This document shows positions 27,011 to 36,972 of a DNA stretch of 64,000 nucleotides, one piece after another. How positions within the stretch are numbered: the first letter of the stretch is position 1; each line of letters starts with the position of its first letter. This DNA comes from Candidatus Sulfotelmatobacter sp. (GTDB lineage Bacteria; Acidobacteriota; Terriglobia; Terriglobales; Acidobacteriaceae): positions 1,032-65,031 of the forward strand of contig DATBEI010000059.1 of NCBI GenBank assembly GCA_036269595.1, in the 5' to 3' direction. The notes beneath the pieces are model-generated. The model did no database searches, was not told where the DNA came from, and worked only from the letters and a program-made list of their open reading frames with translations. The translations under genes and the position numbers were made by a program.

Positions 27011-27487
27011 TGTTCGGTCTCTCGCCTTTCCGTAACAACCAAGCCTTGTCGCGGCAGTTAAGATTATTTGGAACGGAAAAAGGATGCCTTGGATCAGCGG
27101 GCAGCTATTGCTATAGCAAGTCTGATCGGGAGACGGCATTTCCCGTGGCTGGGCCCGGAAATTCTGGCCTGGGATTCGAAGATCTGCATCCAGTGCGCCG
27201 ACTGGCGCAGATATCCGAAGCGACGATCGCCTGTTGGTATCCATTCCATCTCAAAATGGAACAGAAAAAGCAGCGAGACAATACCGTGGCGAGTTCGGCA
27301 GGCGCTTAAAACTGGTCTCTCGCTTTTTGGAGAATGGGCTCGTAGTTTCTATTCTGGAGACGGTCTGGCTCACGCTCCAGAACGAGGTCCGATCGGCTGT
27401 GTCGCGGTTTAATCGAGCGGCGCTCACGCGCGAAGAGGCAGGCGTAGGCTTTGCAGTAAACTCTTTCTGTCTTTCCGGAGGCTCAGT

Positions 27488-28045
27488 TTGACCAGATTCG
27501 CGAGGATATCTCCAGCGCTCAAGAAGCGCGCCAGCCGCATTCGCGTTCTACTGATGGACGTGGACGGCACTATGACAGATGGAAGTGTTACCTTGCTCTC
27601 GCAAATGGATGGAAGCGCGCTTGAGATAAAAACATTTGATGCGCATGACGGTCAGGGGCTTACCTTGGCGCGAACGGCGGGGCTTCGCACTGGATGCATT
27701 ACTGGACGCGAGAGTGCGGCTCTGGCTCGACGGGCCTTAGAAATGAAGATGGAGTTCGTTTATATGAGGCAACCCCTGAAGGTGCCGGCCTACGAAGACA
27801 TCCTCAGAAAGGCGGAAGCTTCCGACTATGAGGTGGCATTCGTGGGAGACGATCTGCCGGACATTCCGTTGATGAAGCGCGCCGGGCTTGCGGTCGCGGT
27901 TGGAGATGCTATGCCAGAGGTAAAAGAAGTCGCGCACTACACCACAAAGGCTCTCGCCGGACACGGAGCAATTCGAGAGGCCGTGGAACTCATTCTACGA
28001 TCCAAAGGCATCTGGGCCGAGATGATCGACAAGGCGCGGGCCTAA
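27488..28045 (+). CDS. kdsC: 3-deoxy-D-manno-octulosonate 8-phosphate phosphatase (HAD-IIIA)
   Basis: LLMDVDGTMTDG, FDAHDGQGL and FVGDDLPDIPLM motifs. ~185 aa, TTG start. Confidence 0.85.
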   Translation: MTRFARISPALKKRASRIRVLLMDVDGTMTDGSVTLLSQMDGSALEIKTFDAHDGQGLTLARTAGLRTGCITGRESAALARRALEMKMEFVYMRQPLKVPAYEDILRKAEASDYEVAFVGDDLPDIPLMKRAGLAVAVGDAMPEVKEVAHYTTKALAGHGAIREAVELILRSKGIWAEMIDKARA

Positions 28046-28126
28046 GGGCTTTTGCAAGTCGTGCTTACCGAAGCGCGCTGAGGCGCGGCCATCGGTCCCA
28101 GGTTCGGGCACGGTTGACGATAGGGA

Positions 28127-29368
28127 TTATTCGTGGCGGAGAGCTTCGATCGGGTCGAGGCGCGCGGCACGGAAGGCGGGAATCATACCGCTGATCAGTC
28201 CCACAGCACCCAGAATGAGAGTGGACGCGATCAGAGTGCCTGGAGCGATAATCAGGCGGATGTCCCCGGCTTCGCCATTTTTCGCGAAGGCGCTGTACAA
28301 GGTGAGCCTGCCTACGGAAAGCGCGACCGCGTAAGCCAGGATTACTCCTAACACTCCGCCGATAAAAGTAATGGTGAGCGCCTCAGCTAAGAACTGTAGC
28401 AAAATGTATCGACGGGGCGCGCCTAGAGCCTTCTGGACACCGATCTCGCGGGTGCGTTGCGTGACCGAGACCAGCATGATATTCATCAAGCCCACGCCGC
28501 CAATGCCGAGCGTGAGCGTGCCGATGAAACCCATCAGAACTTTCAAGCCAAGTGTGATGATTTCAAACTGGTGCACTTGCGTCATCAGGTTGAAAACTTC
28601 CACAGCCTGACGATCGGTTTGGCTGAACTTGTGCTGCGTGCTCAGGACAGTACGGACGGTTTGTTCCAAGCTCTCGTACTCGGGCGTCTGGTAGGTGAAC
28701 CAAATCGTATCGAGATAATGCGTGTTCTTCAGTTCGCTCATTGTGCTGAAGGGAACGTAGACCACACGGTTGATATCGTCATTGCCCTCCTGCATTTTGG
28801 CGCTCAGAACGCCGATGACTTCAAAGCTGAGACCATCGAGTCGAATGTGTTCGCCCAAGGCGTTGCGTCCTGAGAAAAGCTTTTCTTTGGCCTCTGAACC
28901 GATTACCGCAACGTGGGCGCGCTGGATTTCGTCTTCGGGATTGTAGAAGCGGCCCTGCTCGAGTTGGAGCGAGCGAACATCGAACACGTTGGGATAATTT
29001 CCGGTAACCGCCCAAGTGAAGAGCCTTGTGTCGTACTGGACGCTGCACTGCTTGCTGACTTCAGGCGTGATGCGCGAGATTTGCGGAAGGTTGGTGGTGA
29101 GAGTATCGACGTCGTCCAGCGTGAAGCGGACGAGCACACCGGCCTTCTGTCCGCCGGCCTGCATGGATGTACGGCCCGGAACTACGATAACGAGCTTGCT
29201 TCCGAAGTTCGCAAAGATGTTGGCGCAGGCCCGGCCAAAACCATCGCCGTAGGCGAGCAGCATCACAACCGTCGCGATTCCCCAAGCCATCCCCAGCATG
29301 GTGAGGGCAGTGCGGCGGCGATTGTGCCGCATGGCGCCGTAAGCTTCCTGCAGGAGATCGTGAAACAT
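28127..29368 (-). CDS. MacB-like ABC transporter permease (FtsX plus periplasmic core domain), no fused ATPase
   Basis: N-terminal TM (RRRTALTMLGMAWGIATVV), ~220-aa periplasmic domain, C-terminal 3-TM FtsX module with TQRTREIGVQKALGA. Confidence 0.85.
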   Translation of the reverse strand: MFHDLLQEAYGAMRHNRRRTALTMLGMAWGIATVVMLLAYGDGFGRACANIFANFGSKLVIVVPGRTSMQAGGQKAGVLVRFTLDDVDTLTTNLPQISRITPEVSKQCSVQYDTRLFTWAVTGNYPNVFDVRSLQLEQGRFYNPEDEIQRAHVAVIGSEAKEKLFSGRNALGEHIRLDGLSFEVIGVLSAKMQEGNDDINRVVYVPFSTMSELKNTHYLDTIWFTYQTPEYESLEQTVRTVLSTQHKFSQTDRQAVEVFNLMTQVHQFEIITLGLKVLMGFIGTLTLGIGGVGLMNIMLVSVTQRTREIGVQKALGAPRRYILLQFLAEALTITFIGGVLGVILAYAVALSVGRLTLYSAFAKNGEAGDIRLIIAPGTLIASTLILGAVGLISGMIPAFRAARLDPIEALRHE

Positions 29369-29374
29369 CTCAGG

Positions 29375-30622
29375 TCACTCCTGCCGGAGGGCTTCCACCG
29401 GTTGTAATAATGCGGCTTTGCGCGCCGGATAAAGTCCCGCGAAAACTCCGGCTAAGGTGAGGCTGCCGATCGCTAGTACGGCAGACATGGGCACAAGTTT
29501 TGGTGGATCGAAACCGCCCGGCCCCTGCACGTTCCCCATCATCGCCATCAATCCCGTGGCCAAGCCCATGCCAATCAAGCCGCTGGTCAGTGTCAGCAGC
29601 AAGCCTTCCAAAAAAAAGTGAAACAGAATGCTGCGGTTGGTCGCGCCCAGGGCTTTTCGCAGTCCGATCTCGCGCGTGCGTTCGCTGACGGCCACCAGCA
29701 TGATGTTGACCACGCCGATCGCGCCCAGGGCTAGCGTTACCATCCCGACCGCCCCCAGAAACATATTCATCACATCGAAAATCGTTCCTACCATTTTTGA
29801 TTCCTGGATGGAATCCCAGCCGTCAAAGGCAGTTTCGTCGTTGGCATTGAATCCGTGATTCCGGGCGATAATCTTGTGGACGTCATTCTGGGCCAACTTA
29901 TGCTCGGCGGTTGTGAACGGCTGGTATTCAATAAACGAAATGGAATTCTGGTGGTTTTCTCCTTTCAATGGAAAGTTGGTGGCCATCACCGTAAAAGGGA
30001 TGTAGCCTCTCATATTGAGCCAGGTGTTATCGCCGCGCCCAAGGTGAGGCATGCTGCCGATCACTTCGAAGCGAATGCCGTTGAGCAGGACGAAAGCTCC
30101 CACCGCCGGGCGGCCAGGAAATAAAGTTTTGAGTAATTCGTTTCCGAGAACGATTACGTTGCGGCTTTGCGTCTCGTCCATTTCATTCAGCCAGCGGCCT
30201 TCTTTGAGCGGAAGAAAGCTAATCTCATTCAGTTGCGGCTCCGCGCCTAGAATTTCGACTCCAGCAGTGGCGAATTCGCTGATCTGGTGCAGATCGGTTC
30301 GAGAAAGTATGGGACACGCAACGCCCACGTGGGCGGCTTGCGTGCGGATGTCGATGTAATCCTGATAGGTGAGCAAATACGGGCGAGCAGAATTCATGCT
30401 TCCTTGGACGGCGGGCGCACGCCCAGGAAAAATGAACATGATATTCCGGCCAAACTCGGCCAGTTCGCGCTTGTTGCCCGAGCGGAAGCCTTCCCCTATG
30501 CCGACCAAGAGAAGCAAGGATCCGACGCCCCACGCGATTCCGAACATGGTCAAAAACGAGCGCAGCTTATGTGCCCAGAGGTTGCGGAAGATCTGCGCGA
30601 AAATATCGAAAACCGTGCGCAT
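29375..30622 (-). CDS. MacB-like ABC transporter permease (FtsX plus periplasmic core domain), paralogue
   Basis: Same architecture (HKLRSFLTMFGIAWGVGSLL ... SERTREIGLRKALGA). 6 nt upstream of the second permease. Confidence 0.85.
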   Translation of the reverse strand: MRTVFDIFAQIFRNLWAHKLRSFLTMFGIAWGVGSLLLLVGIGEGFRSGNKRELAEFGRNIMFIFPGRAPAVQGSMNSARPYLLTYQDYIDIRTQAAHVGVACPILSRTDLHQISEFATAGVEILGAEPQLNEISFLPLKEGRWLNEMDETQSRNVIVLGNELLKTLFPGRPAVGAFVLLNGIRFEVIGSMPHLGRGDNTWLNMRGYIPFTVMATNFPLKGENHQNSISFIEYQPFTTAEHKLAQNDVHKIIARNHGFNANDETAFDGWDSIQESKMVGTIFDVMNMFLGAVGMVTLALGAIGVVNIMLVAVSERTREIGLRKALGATNRSILFHFFLEGLLLTLTSGLIGMGLATGLMAMMGNVQGPGGFDPPKLVPMSAVLAIGSLTLAGVFAGLYPARKAALLQPVEALRQE

Positions 30623-30684
30623 GATGGGTACTAATTGTACCCCGTCGGCGCCTCAAACGCTGGTCCTGATGTGTTAGAGCGACT

Positions 30685-33600
30685 TCAGGCGATGGCCTCT
30701 TCGGGTTCGCTGAAGACGCCCTCGGAATCGGTGCTTTGTGCATGCACCGGCACTCGAGTCTTAGCCACAAGCATGTAGATGGACGGCACAACGAACAAAG
30801 TGAAGGCCGTGCCAATGATCATGCCGCTCACCAGCATGATGCCAATGCTGTTTCGCGCTCCGGCCCCCGGTCCCTTAGCCAATACCAGAGGGAAGTGACC
30901 GATCACGGTTGCAGCCGTTGTCATCAGGATAGGGCGCAGTCTTGTGCCCGCGGCTTCAATGATCGCGGCTAGTTTGGCGGCACCGCGCTCCTGCAGTTCA
31001 TTGGCAAACTCCACAATCAAGATGCCGTTCTTTGATACCAGACCGACCAGAGTGATCAGGCCCACCTGGCTATAGATGTTCAATGTCGTCAGGCCGAGGA
31101 ACGAGAATAATAGGGCTCCCGAAATCGCCAGCGGCACCGACCCGGCCAGAATGATAAACGGATCGCGGAAGCTCTCGAACTGCGCCGCCAGCACAAGATA
31201 AATCAGGATTCCAGACAGCAGGAATGTCCCGAGAAACTTGCTGCCCTCAACCCGAAGTTGTCGCGACTCGCCGGCGTAATCAACCGTGAAGCCCTGCGGA
31301 AGAATTGTCTTAGCCTCGTCTTCGAGCATGCGCAATGCCTTGTCCAACGGAACGCCTGGCGGTATCACGCCTTGAATGCGCACCGCGTTGAGCTGCTGAA
31401 ATTTCTTCAGATCGCGCGGTTCGGTCGTGGTGCGCAGGCTGGCAAACGTCGACAGCGGCACAAGCTTGTTCTGCGATCCCGTGATGTAGATCTGCGATAG
31501 TTGTTCCGGAGTCAATCGCTCCGCGCGCTTGACCTGCGGAATGACCTTGTAACTGCGTCCCTGAATGCTGAAGCGGTTGACATAGTTTCCGCCGAGCAGC
31601 GTGGAAAGATCCTGTCCCGCCTGGCTGAGATCGACGCCTTGCGAACGAAGCTTGTCGCGATCGAAAACCACTTCGGTCTGCGGCTGGTCGAACTTCAGGT
31701 CCGAGTCGGCATAGATGAACAGGCCGCTGGTCATGGCTTTGCCCACAAGTTGCTTGGCGAATTCGACAAGCTGTTGCGGTTCAGCAGGCGAGGCGATTAC
31801 GAAGTCAACGGGAAAATTCCCGCCGCCGGGCAATGGAGGCGGGGTCAATGGGATCACCCGGATGCCTGCAATTCTCGACAGCGGCGCAGTGGACTCCAAC
31901 AGAAGCTGTTGCGCCGTCTTTTTCCGCTCGCTCCAGGGCTTGGTCACCATGCCTCCGAAACCGCCCGTCGGCGAGGTGATTTGAAAGATGCTCTGGCTTT
32001 CTGGAAACGAATGGTAAACGTCGTACACTTGCTGCGTGTACAGGTTCGTTTGATCGATAGTTGAGTTAGGAGACGCCTGGATCACTCCAAACACCACTCC
32101 CTGATCTTCAGCCGGCGCCAGTTCCCGCTGCGAAAACATGTAGAACGGAACGACCAGCAGAACCACGATCGCCCACAACGTGAGAACGACCGGCCGGTAC
32201 TGGAGGATTCCGGCAAGTTGCCGCGAGTACCACCGGCGCACGCTTTCGAAGTGGCGATTCACCATGCCGGCGAATCCGTGCTCTGTCGCTCCTGCGCGCA
32301 GCAACTTCGATCCCATCATCGGAGACAACGTCAGCGCAACGATTCCTGAAACAATGACGGCTCCGGCGAGGGTGAATGCAAATTCACGGAACAACGCGCC
32401 CGTCAGGCCGCCCTGAATTCCGATCGGCGCATACACGGCGGCGAGAGTGATCGTCATGGAGATGATCGGGCCGACCAACTCGCGGGCAGCATCGATCGCA
32501 GCCTGAAGCGGAGTGCTTCCCATGTGGATGTGACGCTCCACGTTTTCGACCATGACAATCGCGTCATCCACCACGAGTCCAACCGAAAGCACGATCGCGA
32601 GCAGGGTCAGCAAGTTGATGGTGAAGCCCGCGATCAGCATGATGAAAACCGCGCCGATAAGAGAAATCGGAATCGCAACTACCGGAATCAGCACGGAGCG
32701 GAAGGATCCCAGGAAGAGAAAGATCACGACGACGACGATCAAAAGCGTTTCCGTAAGAGTGCTGAGTACCTCGTTGATCGCGTCTTGAATGTACGCCGTC
32801 GAGTCATATGGAATCCCAACCTTCATTCCCGCCGGAAGTTGGGCCTGAATGCCAGGAATCGTTTCGCGCACGCTCTTAATCACTTCCAGCGAGTTAGACG
32901 TCGGAAGAACCCAGACTCCCATGAAGGTTGCGCCTTCGCCGTTGAAACGGACCTCCGAGTCGTAGTCCTGAGCGCCGAGTTGAACGTCGGCAATTTCGCC
33001 TAACCGGACGACGACGCCTTTGTCCTGCTTGACCACGAGTTGGCGGAATTCGTCCGCGGTAGTCAGGTTTGTGTTGGCGACCAGGTTCACCGAAACCATC
33101 GAACCCTTGGTGCTCCCAAGCGCGGAAAGGTAATTGTTTTTCGCCAACGCATCGTGAACCGCGGAGGGGGAGATACCCAGAGCGGCCATCCTGTCGGGCT
33201 TCAGCCAGATTCGCATCGCGAAGGTACGATCGCCAAGGATGTCGGCGCGCTGCACTCCGCTGATGGCGCTCAGTTTGGGCTGGACCACGCGGGTGAGGTA
33301 ATCCGTGATCTGGTTCTGATCGAGATCGCTGGAGGAGAAGCCAAGGTACATGGCGGCGAATTCGTTATCCGCCGTTTCCAAATCAATGACAGGCGCTTGC
33401 GCGTCGGGCGGCAGGTCGTTGCGCACTTGCGCCACCTTCGCCTGAATTTGCGTCAGCGCCGCGTTGGTGTCGTAGTTCAGCTTCAGGTGCACGGTGATTG
33501 TGCTAAGTCCCTGGGCGCTCGACGATTCCATGTAGTCGATGCCGTCCGCGCTGGCAATCACCCGCTCCAGTGGCGTGGTGATGAATCCGCGAACCAGGTC

Positions 33601-33768
33601 GGCATTGGCCCCGACGTAGGTTGTGGAAACCTGGACCACCGCGATGTCGCTGCGCGGATACTGTCGCACGCTCAGCGAGCGTATTGCCTGCAACCCTGCG
33701 ATCAGGATGACAAGGTTGACGACGATCGCGAGGACCGGCCTTTTGATAAACAGGTCAGTGAATTTCAT
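30685..33768 (-). CDS. Multidrug-type RND efflux permease (AcrB/MexB-like)
   Basis: 1027 aa. MKFTDLFIKRPVLAIVVNLVILIAG N-terminus, VGLVVDDAIVMVENVERH, 12-TM pattern. Its start abuts the adaptor stop. Confidence 0.93.
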   Translation of the reverse strand: MKFTDLFIKRPVLAIVVNLVILIAGLQAIRSLSVRQYPRSDIAVVQVSTTYVGANADLVRGFITTPLERVIASADGIDYMESSSAQGLSTITVHLKLNYDTNAALTQIQAKVAQVRNDLPPDAQAPVIDLETADNEFAAMYLGFSSSDLDQNQITDYLTRVVQPKLSAISGVQRADILGDRTFAMRIWLKPDRMAALGISPSAVHDALAKNNYLSALGSTKGSMVSVNLVANTNLTTADEFRQLVVKQDKGVVVRLGEIADVQLGAQDYDSEVRFNGEGATFMGVWVLPTSNSLEVIKSVRETIPGIQAQLPAGMKVGIPYDSTAYIQDAINEVLSTLTETLLIVVVVIFLFLGSFRSVLIPVVAIPISLIGAVFIMLIAGFTINLLTLLAIVLSVGLVVDDAIVMVENVERHIHMGSTPLQAAIDAARELVGPIISMTITLAAVYAPIGIQGGLTGALFREFAFTLAGAVIVSGIVALTLSPMMGSKLLRAGATEHGFAGMVNRHFESVRRWYSRQLAGILQYRPVVLTLWAIVVLLVVPFYMFSQRELAPAEDQGVVFGVIQASPNSTIDQTNLYTQQVYDVYHSFPESQSIFQITSPTGGFGGMVTKPWSERKKTAQQLLLESTAPLSRIAGIRVIPLTPPPLPGGGNFPVDFVIASPAEPQQLVEFAKQLVGKAMTSGLFIYADSDLKFDQPQTEVVFDRDKLRSQGVDLSQAGQDLSTLLGGNYVNRFSIQGRSYKVIPQVKRAERLTPEQLSQIYITGSQNKLVPLSTFASLRTTTEPRDLKKFQQLNAVRIQGVIPPGVPLDKALRMLEDEAKTILPQGFTVDYAGESRQLRVEGSKFLGTFLLSGILIYLVLAAQFESFRDPFIILAGSVPLAISGALLFSFLGLTTLNIYSQVGLITLVGLVSKNGILIVEFANELQERGAAKLAAIIEAAGTRLRPILMTTAATVIGHFPLVLAKGPGAGARNSIGIMLVSGMIIGTAFTLFVVPSIYMLVAKTRVPVHAQSTDSEGVFSEPEEAIA

Positions 33769-34896
33769 TTAGCTGTCCTCAGGCTTGGGAGCCGGATTAT
33801 TACCGGGCTGAACTTTATTGTTGACCGTGACCGCAGCGCCATTGCGCAGTTTGAACACGCCGGAAGTGACCACTTCATCGCCGGGATTTACGCCGGAGAT
33901 TACCGCGACCTGGTCGCCGCGCGAGCCATCAACCTTAACGAACTGTTGCCGCACTCCACGGTAAATTTTGCCCTTCGGATCCTTGAGGTCGGTGAGGACG
34001 AAGACCGAGTTGCCATACGGAGCATAGTTGATTGCTGACGCCGGCAGCGTAATCACCGAGCGGTTGGCGCCCAAGCCCACGTCGACCTGGACGAACATGC
34101 CGGGGCGCAATTTTCCTTCCGGATTGGCAAGGGTCGCCTGCACTTGAATATTGCGGGTGGTCTCGTCAACCACGGAATCGAGGGCCGTGACTTTGCCGGT
34201 GAAAACGTGGCCCGCAATATCTTCCGAAGTGACGTGCAAATTGCCGCCTACTCGCACTTGCCGGGCGGACTGCTGGGGTACGCCGAAGTCCACATAAATC
34301 GGATTCAGCGACTGCAAAGGGACGATAGCGCTACCGGCAGAGAGATATTGCCCGAGATTGACCTTGCGAATGCCGAGAATGCCCGAAAACGGCGCTCGGA
34401 TGGTTTTGCGCTCGATGGTGGCGCGAATCTCCGCCACATTCGCCTCGGTAGCTTTTTGCTGAGCGGTCGCCTGATCGAACTCCATGCGGGAGATGACGCC
34501 TGCATCCACCAGTTGCCGCTCTCGGCCAAAGTTCACGCGCGCGAGTTCACTCTGCGCTTCGAGTGAAGCGAGTTGAGCCCGTTCTTGCCGGGTATCGAGC
34601 ACGACGAGCACATCTCCAGCGTGGACCGACTGGCCCGAATCAAACAAGATTTTCTCGACAACTCCGGGAAGATCCGCGCTGACCGTGACGCCATGCACGG
34701 CCTCCATTGTGCCAATTACTCCCATGGAAGCGGACCACAGCTGGCGTTGCGCCACAATACTCGTCACTGCCTCCGGAGGAGGTTGGTACGAGGCGCCAAC
34801 CTGAATGGCTGTCTCAACCTGTTTGAATTTCATGAAACCCAGGGCGCTGATCACTACAATCATTACGCCCAACATCAGGATCATTCTTTTCGCCAT
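33769..34896 (-). CDS. RND periplasmic adaptor (membrane fusion protein)
   Basis: N-terminal anchor, lipoyl/hairpin/beta-barrel pattern (IRAPFSGILGIRKVNLGQYL). First gene of the operon. Confidence 0.88.
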   Translation of the reverse strand: MAKRMILMLGVMIVVISALGFMKFKQVETAIQVGASYQPPPEAVTSIVAQRQLWSASMGVIGTMEAVHGVTVSADLPGVVEKILFDSGQSVHAGDVLVVLDTRQERAQLASLEAQSELARVNFGRERQLVDAGVISRMEFDQATAQQKATEANVAEIRATIERKTIRAPFSGILGIRKVNLGQYLSAGSAIVPLQSLNPIYVDFGVPQQSARQVRVGGNLHVTSEDIAGHVFTGKVTALDSVVDETTRNIQVQATLANPEGKLRPGMFVQVDVGLGANRSVITLPASAINYAPYGNSVFVLTDLKDPKGKIYRGVRQQFVKVDGSRGDQVAVISGVNPGDEVVTSGVFKLRNGAAVTVNNKVQPGNNPAPKPEDS

Positions 34897-35079
34897 AACT
34901 ACCCCTTTAAGCTAAGACCAGCGTTACGAACCGCCGTGGATGGCGGGTGAACAAGTTTGCGTCGTCGGCATCGCACCGGAGATGCCGCGCTTGAATTGGG
35001 CGATGACTACCAGTTGTTAACGCGACCCCACATCGCGTTTAACGGTCGGCGGGCGATATTCGTTACGCCCCGACTTCAC

Positions 35080-35101
35080 TTACATGAAATTTGCCATGTA
35101 A
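35080..35101. promoter_or_regulatory. Perfect 7-bp inverted repeat TTACATG-N8-CATGTAA in the divergent efflux/malQ intergenic region
   Basis: Read directly from the sequence. Operator-like geometry, with no cognate regulator gene nearby. Confidence 0.3.
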
Positions 35102-35330
35102 ATTGCAGGCTACTTTACAATCCTTGACCGCATTGGATTCAGCCTCTTGGAGAAGGATTCGAGATAATTCGCCCCTTCGCTTCTCCCGACAAAACATCCA
35201 TGCGTTGTTGACGGCACTGCTTTCTCTGTATCTATGTCGAACGAATGCTATCTAAATCGACAGAGCCGCAAGAATTATTTGGGAGCGCACCTATTGCCTG
35301 TCCAAGGCTGGGAAGGATAACGTAAAACAA

Positions 35331-36854
35331 GTGATCTTTCCTCGGTGTAGTGGAATTCTTTTGCACATTTCATCTTTGCCGGGTCGCCATGGCATTGGTG
35401 ATCTGGGAGATTCGGCTCACGAATTTGTCGAATTCCTGGCCTCGTCGGGACAGAAAATCTGGCAGGTATTGCCGGTAAGTCCCACGGGATACGGGGATTC
35501 GCCCTACCAGTGTTTTTCGGCGTTCGCCGGAAACCCCCTGTTCATCGATCTAAAAACACTTCAGGAGCAAGGTGTTTTGACCGCGCAAGATTTAGATGGC
35601 GCGCCCAGTTTTCTTGAAGAACAGGTCGAGTATGCCCGCGTCAACGCCTTCAAAAAGACTCTGCTAGAAAAGGCGGGTCGTACTTTTTTGGCCGACGGTG
35701 GGCACGCGGAGCGTAGTGCGTTTGAGAGTTTTTGCCGAAGCAACCGTGACTGGCTGGACGACTATGCGCTCTTCATGGCGTGCAAGAGTGTCCACAAGGA
35801 TGTTTCGTGGGTATTTTGGGATGCGGGTATTCGGCAACGAAATTCCTCGGCCCTCTTTGAGTGGCAGCAACGACTTTCCTCCGAGATCGAAATCCATAAA
35901 TTTGCCCAGTTCGAATTCTTTCGGCAATGGGAACAGCTCAGGGTGCACTGTGGACGCTGCGGAATAAAAATCATGGGCGATATTCCCATCTACGTTGCGC
36001 ACGACAGCGCCGATGTATGGGCGCATCCTGAATTATTTCGCTTGGATCAGGACGGTAAACCTAGCGCCGTTTCGGGGGTTCCGCCGGATTATTTCAGTGC
36101 CACGGGCCAGCTTTGGGGAAATCCTCTTTATCGCTGGGACGTTTCCGCCGCAAGTGGACATTGCTGGTGGATCGACCGAGTTCGCCAATCGCTCAAGCTT
36201 TTCGACTGGGTACGGCTCGACCATTTCCGCGGGTTCGAAGCGTATTGGGAGGTTCCGGCCGGAGCTACGACGGCGGCGGGTGGAAACTGGGTGAAGGGGC
36301 CCGGCGCGGAACTTTTTCAAGTTTTGCAGAACGCGCTAAAAGAATTGCCCTTCGTTGCCGAAAACCTGGGCGTGATTACGCCTGAGGTAGAAGGATTGCG
36401 GCGCCAGTTCGGCTTTCCCGGCATGAGCTTGCTTCAGTTTGCTTTCGGAAATGATCCCCAGGGGCCAAGCTTTCGCCCACATAATTATTCTCGTGAATTG
36501 GTGGCCTATACGGGCGGGCACGACAATGACACCACGGTCGGTTGGTGGACGAGTGCAGGTGTTGGCGAAAGCACGCGGACCGTGGAAGACATTCGCAAGG
36601 AGCGTGATTTCACGCGCGCATACTTGGGATTTCAGGACCAACCAGTTAATTGGGTATTCATTCGAGCGGTCATGGCGTCGGTGGCGAATGTGGCGATCAT
36701 TCCTTTGCAGGATGTGTTGGGGCTGGGCAGCGAGGCTCGCATGAATTTACCCGGGACACTAAGTGGAAACTGGAAATGGCGTTTCAAGACAGATGCTCTA
36801 ACGAAGGGAATGAGCGATCGTCTGCGGGAATTCACTCTTCTCTACGATCGGTAG
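35331..36854 (+). CDS. malQ: 4-alpha-glucanotransferase (amylomaltase, GH77)
   Basis: SGILLHISSLPG, GDSPYQ, VRLDHFRGFEAYWEVP, VAENLGVITPEV, YTGGHDNDT motifs. Confidence 0.92.
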   Translation: MIFPRCSGILLHISSLPGRHGIGDLGDSAHEFVEFLASSGQKIWQVLPVSPTGYGDSPYQCFSAFAGNPLFIDLKTLQEQGVLTAQDLDGAPSFLEEQVEYARVNAFKKTLLEKAGRTFLADGGHAERSAFESFCRSNRDWLDDYALFMACKSVHKDVSWVFWDAGIRQRNSSALFEWQQRLSSEIEIHKFAQFEFFRQWEQLRVHCGRCGIKIMGDIPIYVAHDSADVWAHPELFRLDQDGKPSAVSGVPPDYFSATGQLWGNPLYRWDVSAASGHCWWIDRVRQSLKLFDWVRLDHFRGFEAYWEVPAGATTAAGGNWVKGPGAELFQVLQNALKELPFVAENLGVITPEVEGLRRQFGFPGMSLLQFAFGNDPQGPSFRPHNYSRELVAYTGGHDNDTTVGWWTSAGVGESTRTVEDIRKERDFTRAYLGFQDQPVNWVFIRAVMASVANVAIIPLQDVLGLGSEARMNLPGTLSGNWKWRFKTDALTKGMSDRLREFTLLYDR

Positions 36855-36972
36855 AGGAGTTTCTGCGCTCTCTGGGGCCTTCTCTGCGCGCTCGGCAGTC
36901 AACAGCGCATACCACTGAGGTCGTTGAGGGGACGTCGAGGTCGCGGAAATCTTCACGTGGTCGATTAGGTGG

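Noticed and set aside
27011-27487. Search for the missing N-terminal half of the Mn-catalase at the far end of the XoxF/oxidase block (test of a simple insertion model)
   Set aside because: None of the six frames there shows the Mn-catalase N-terminal pattern. The simple model of an operon inserted into the catalase gene is therefore not supported.
33040-34038. 332-aa plus-strand ORF
   Set aside because: It lies antisense to the RND pump and adaptor genes, has an Arg/Gly/His-rich low-complexity composition, and shows no motif. It is a typical shadow ORF of high-GC DNA.
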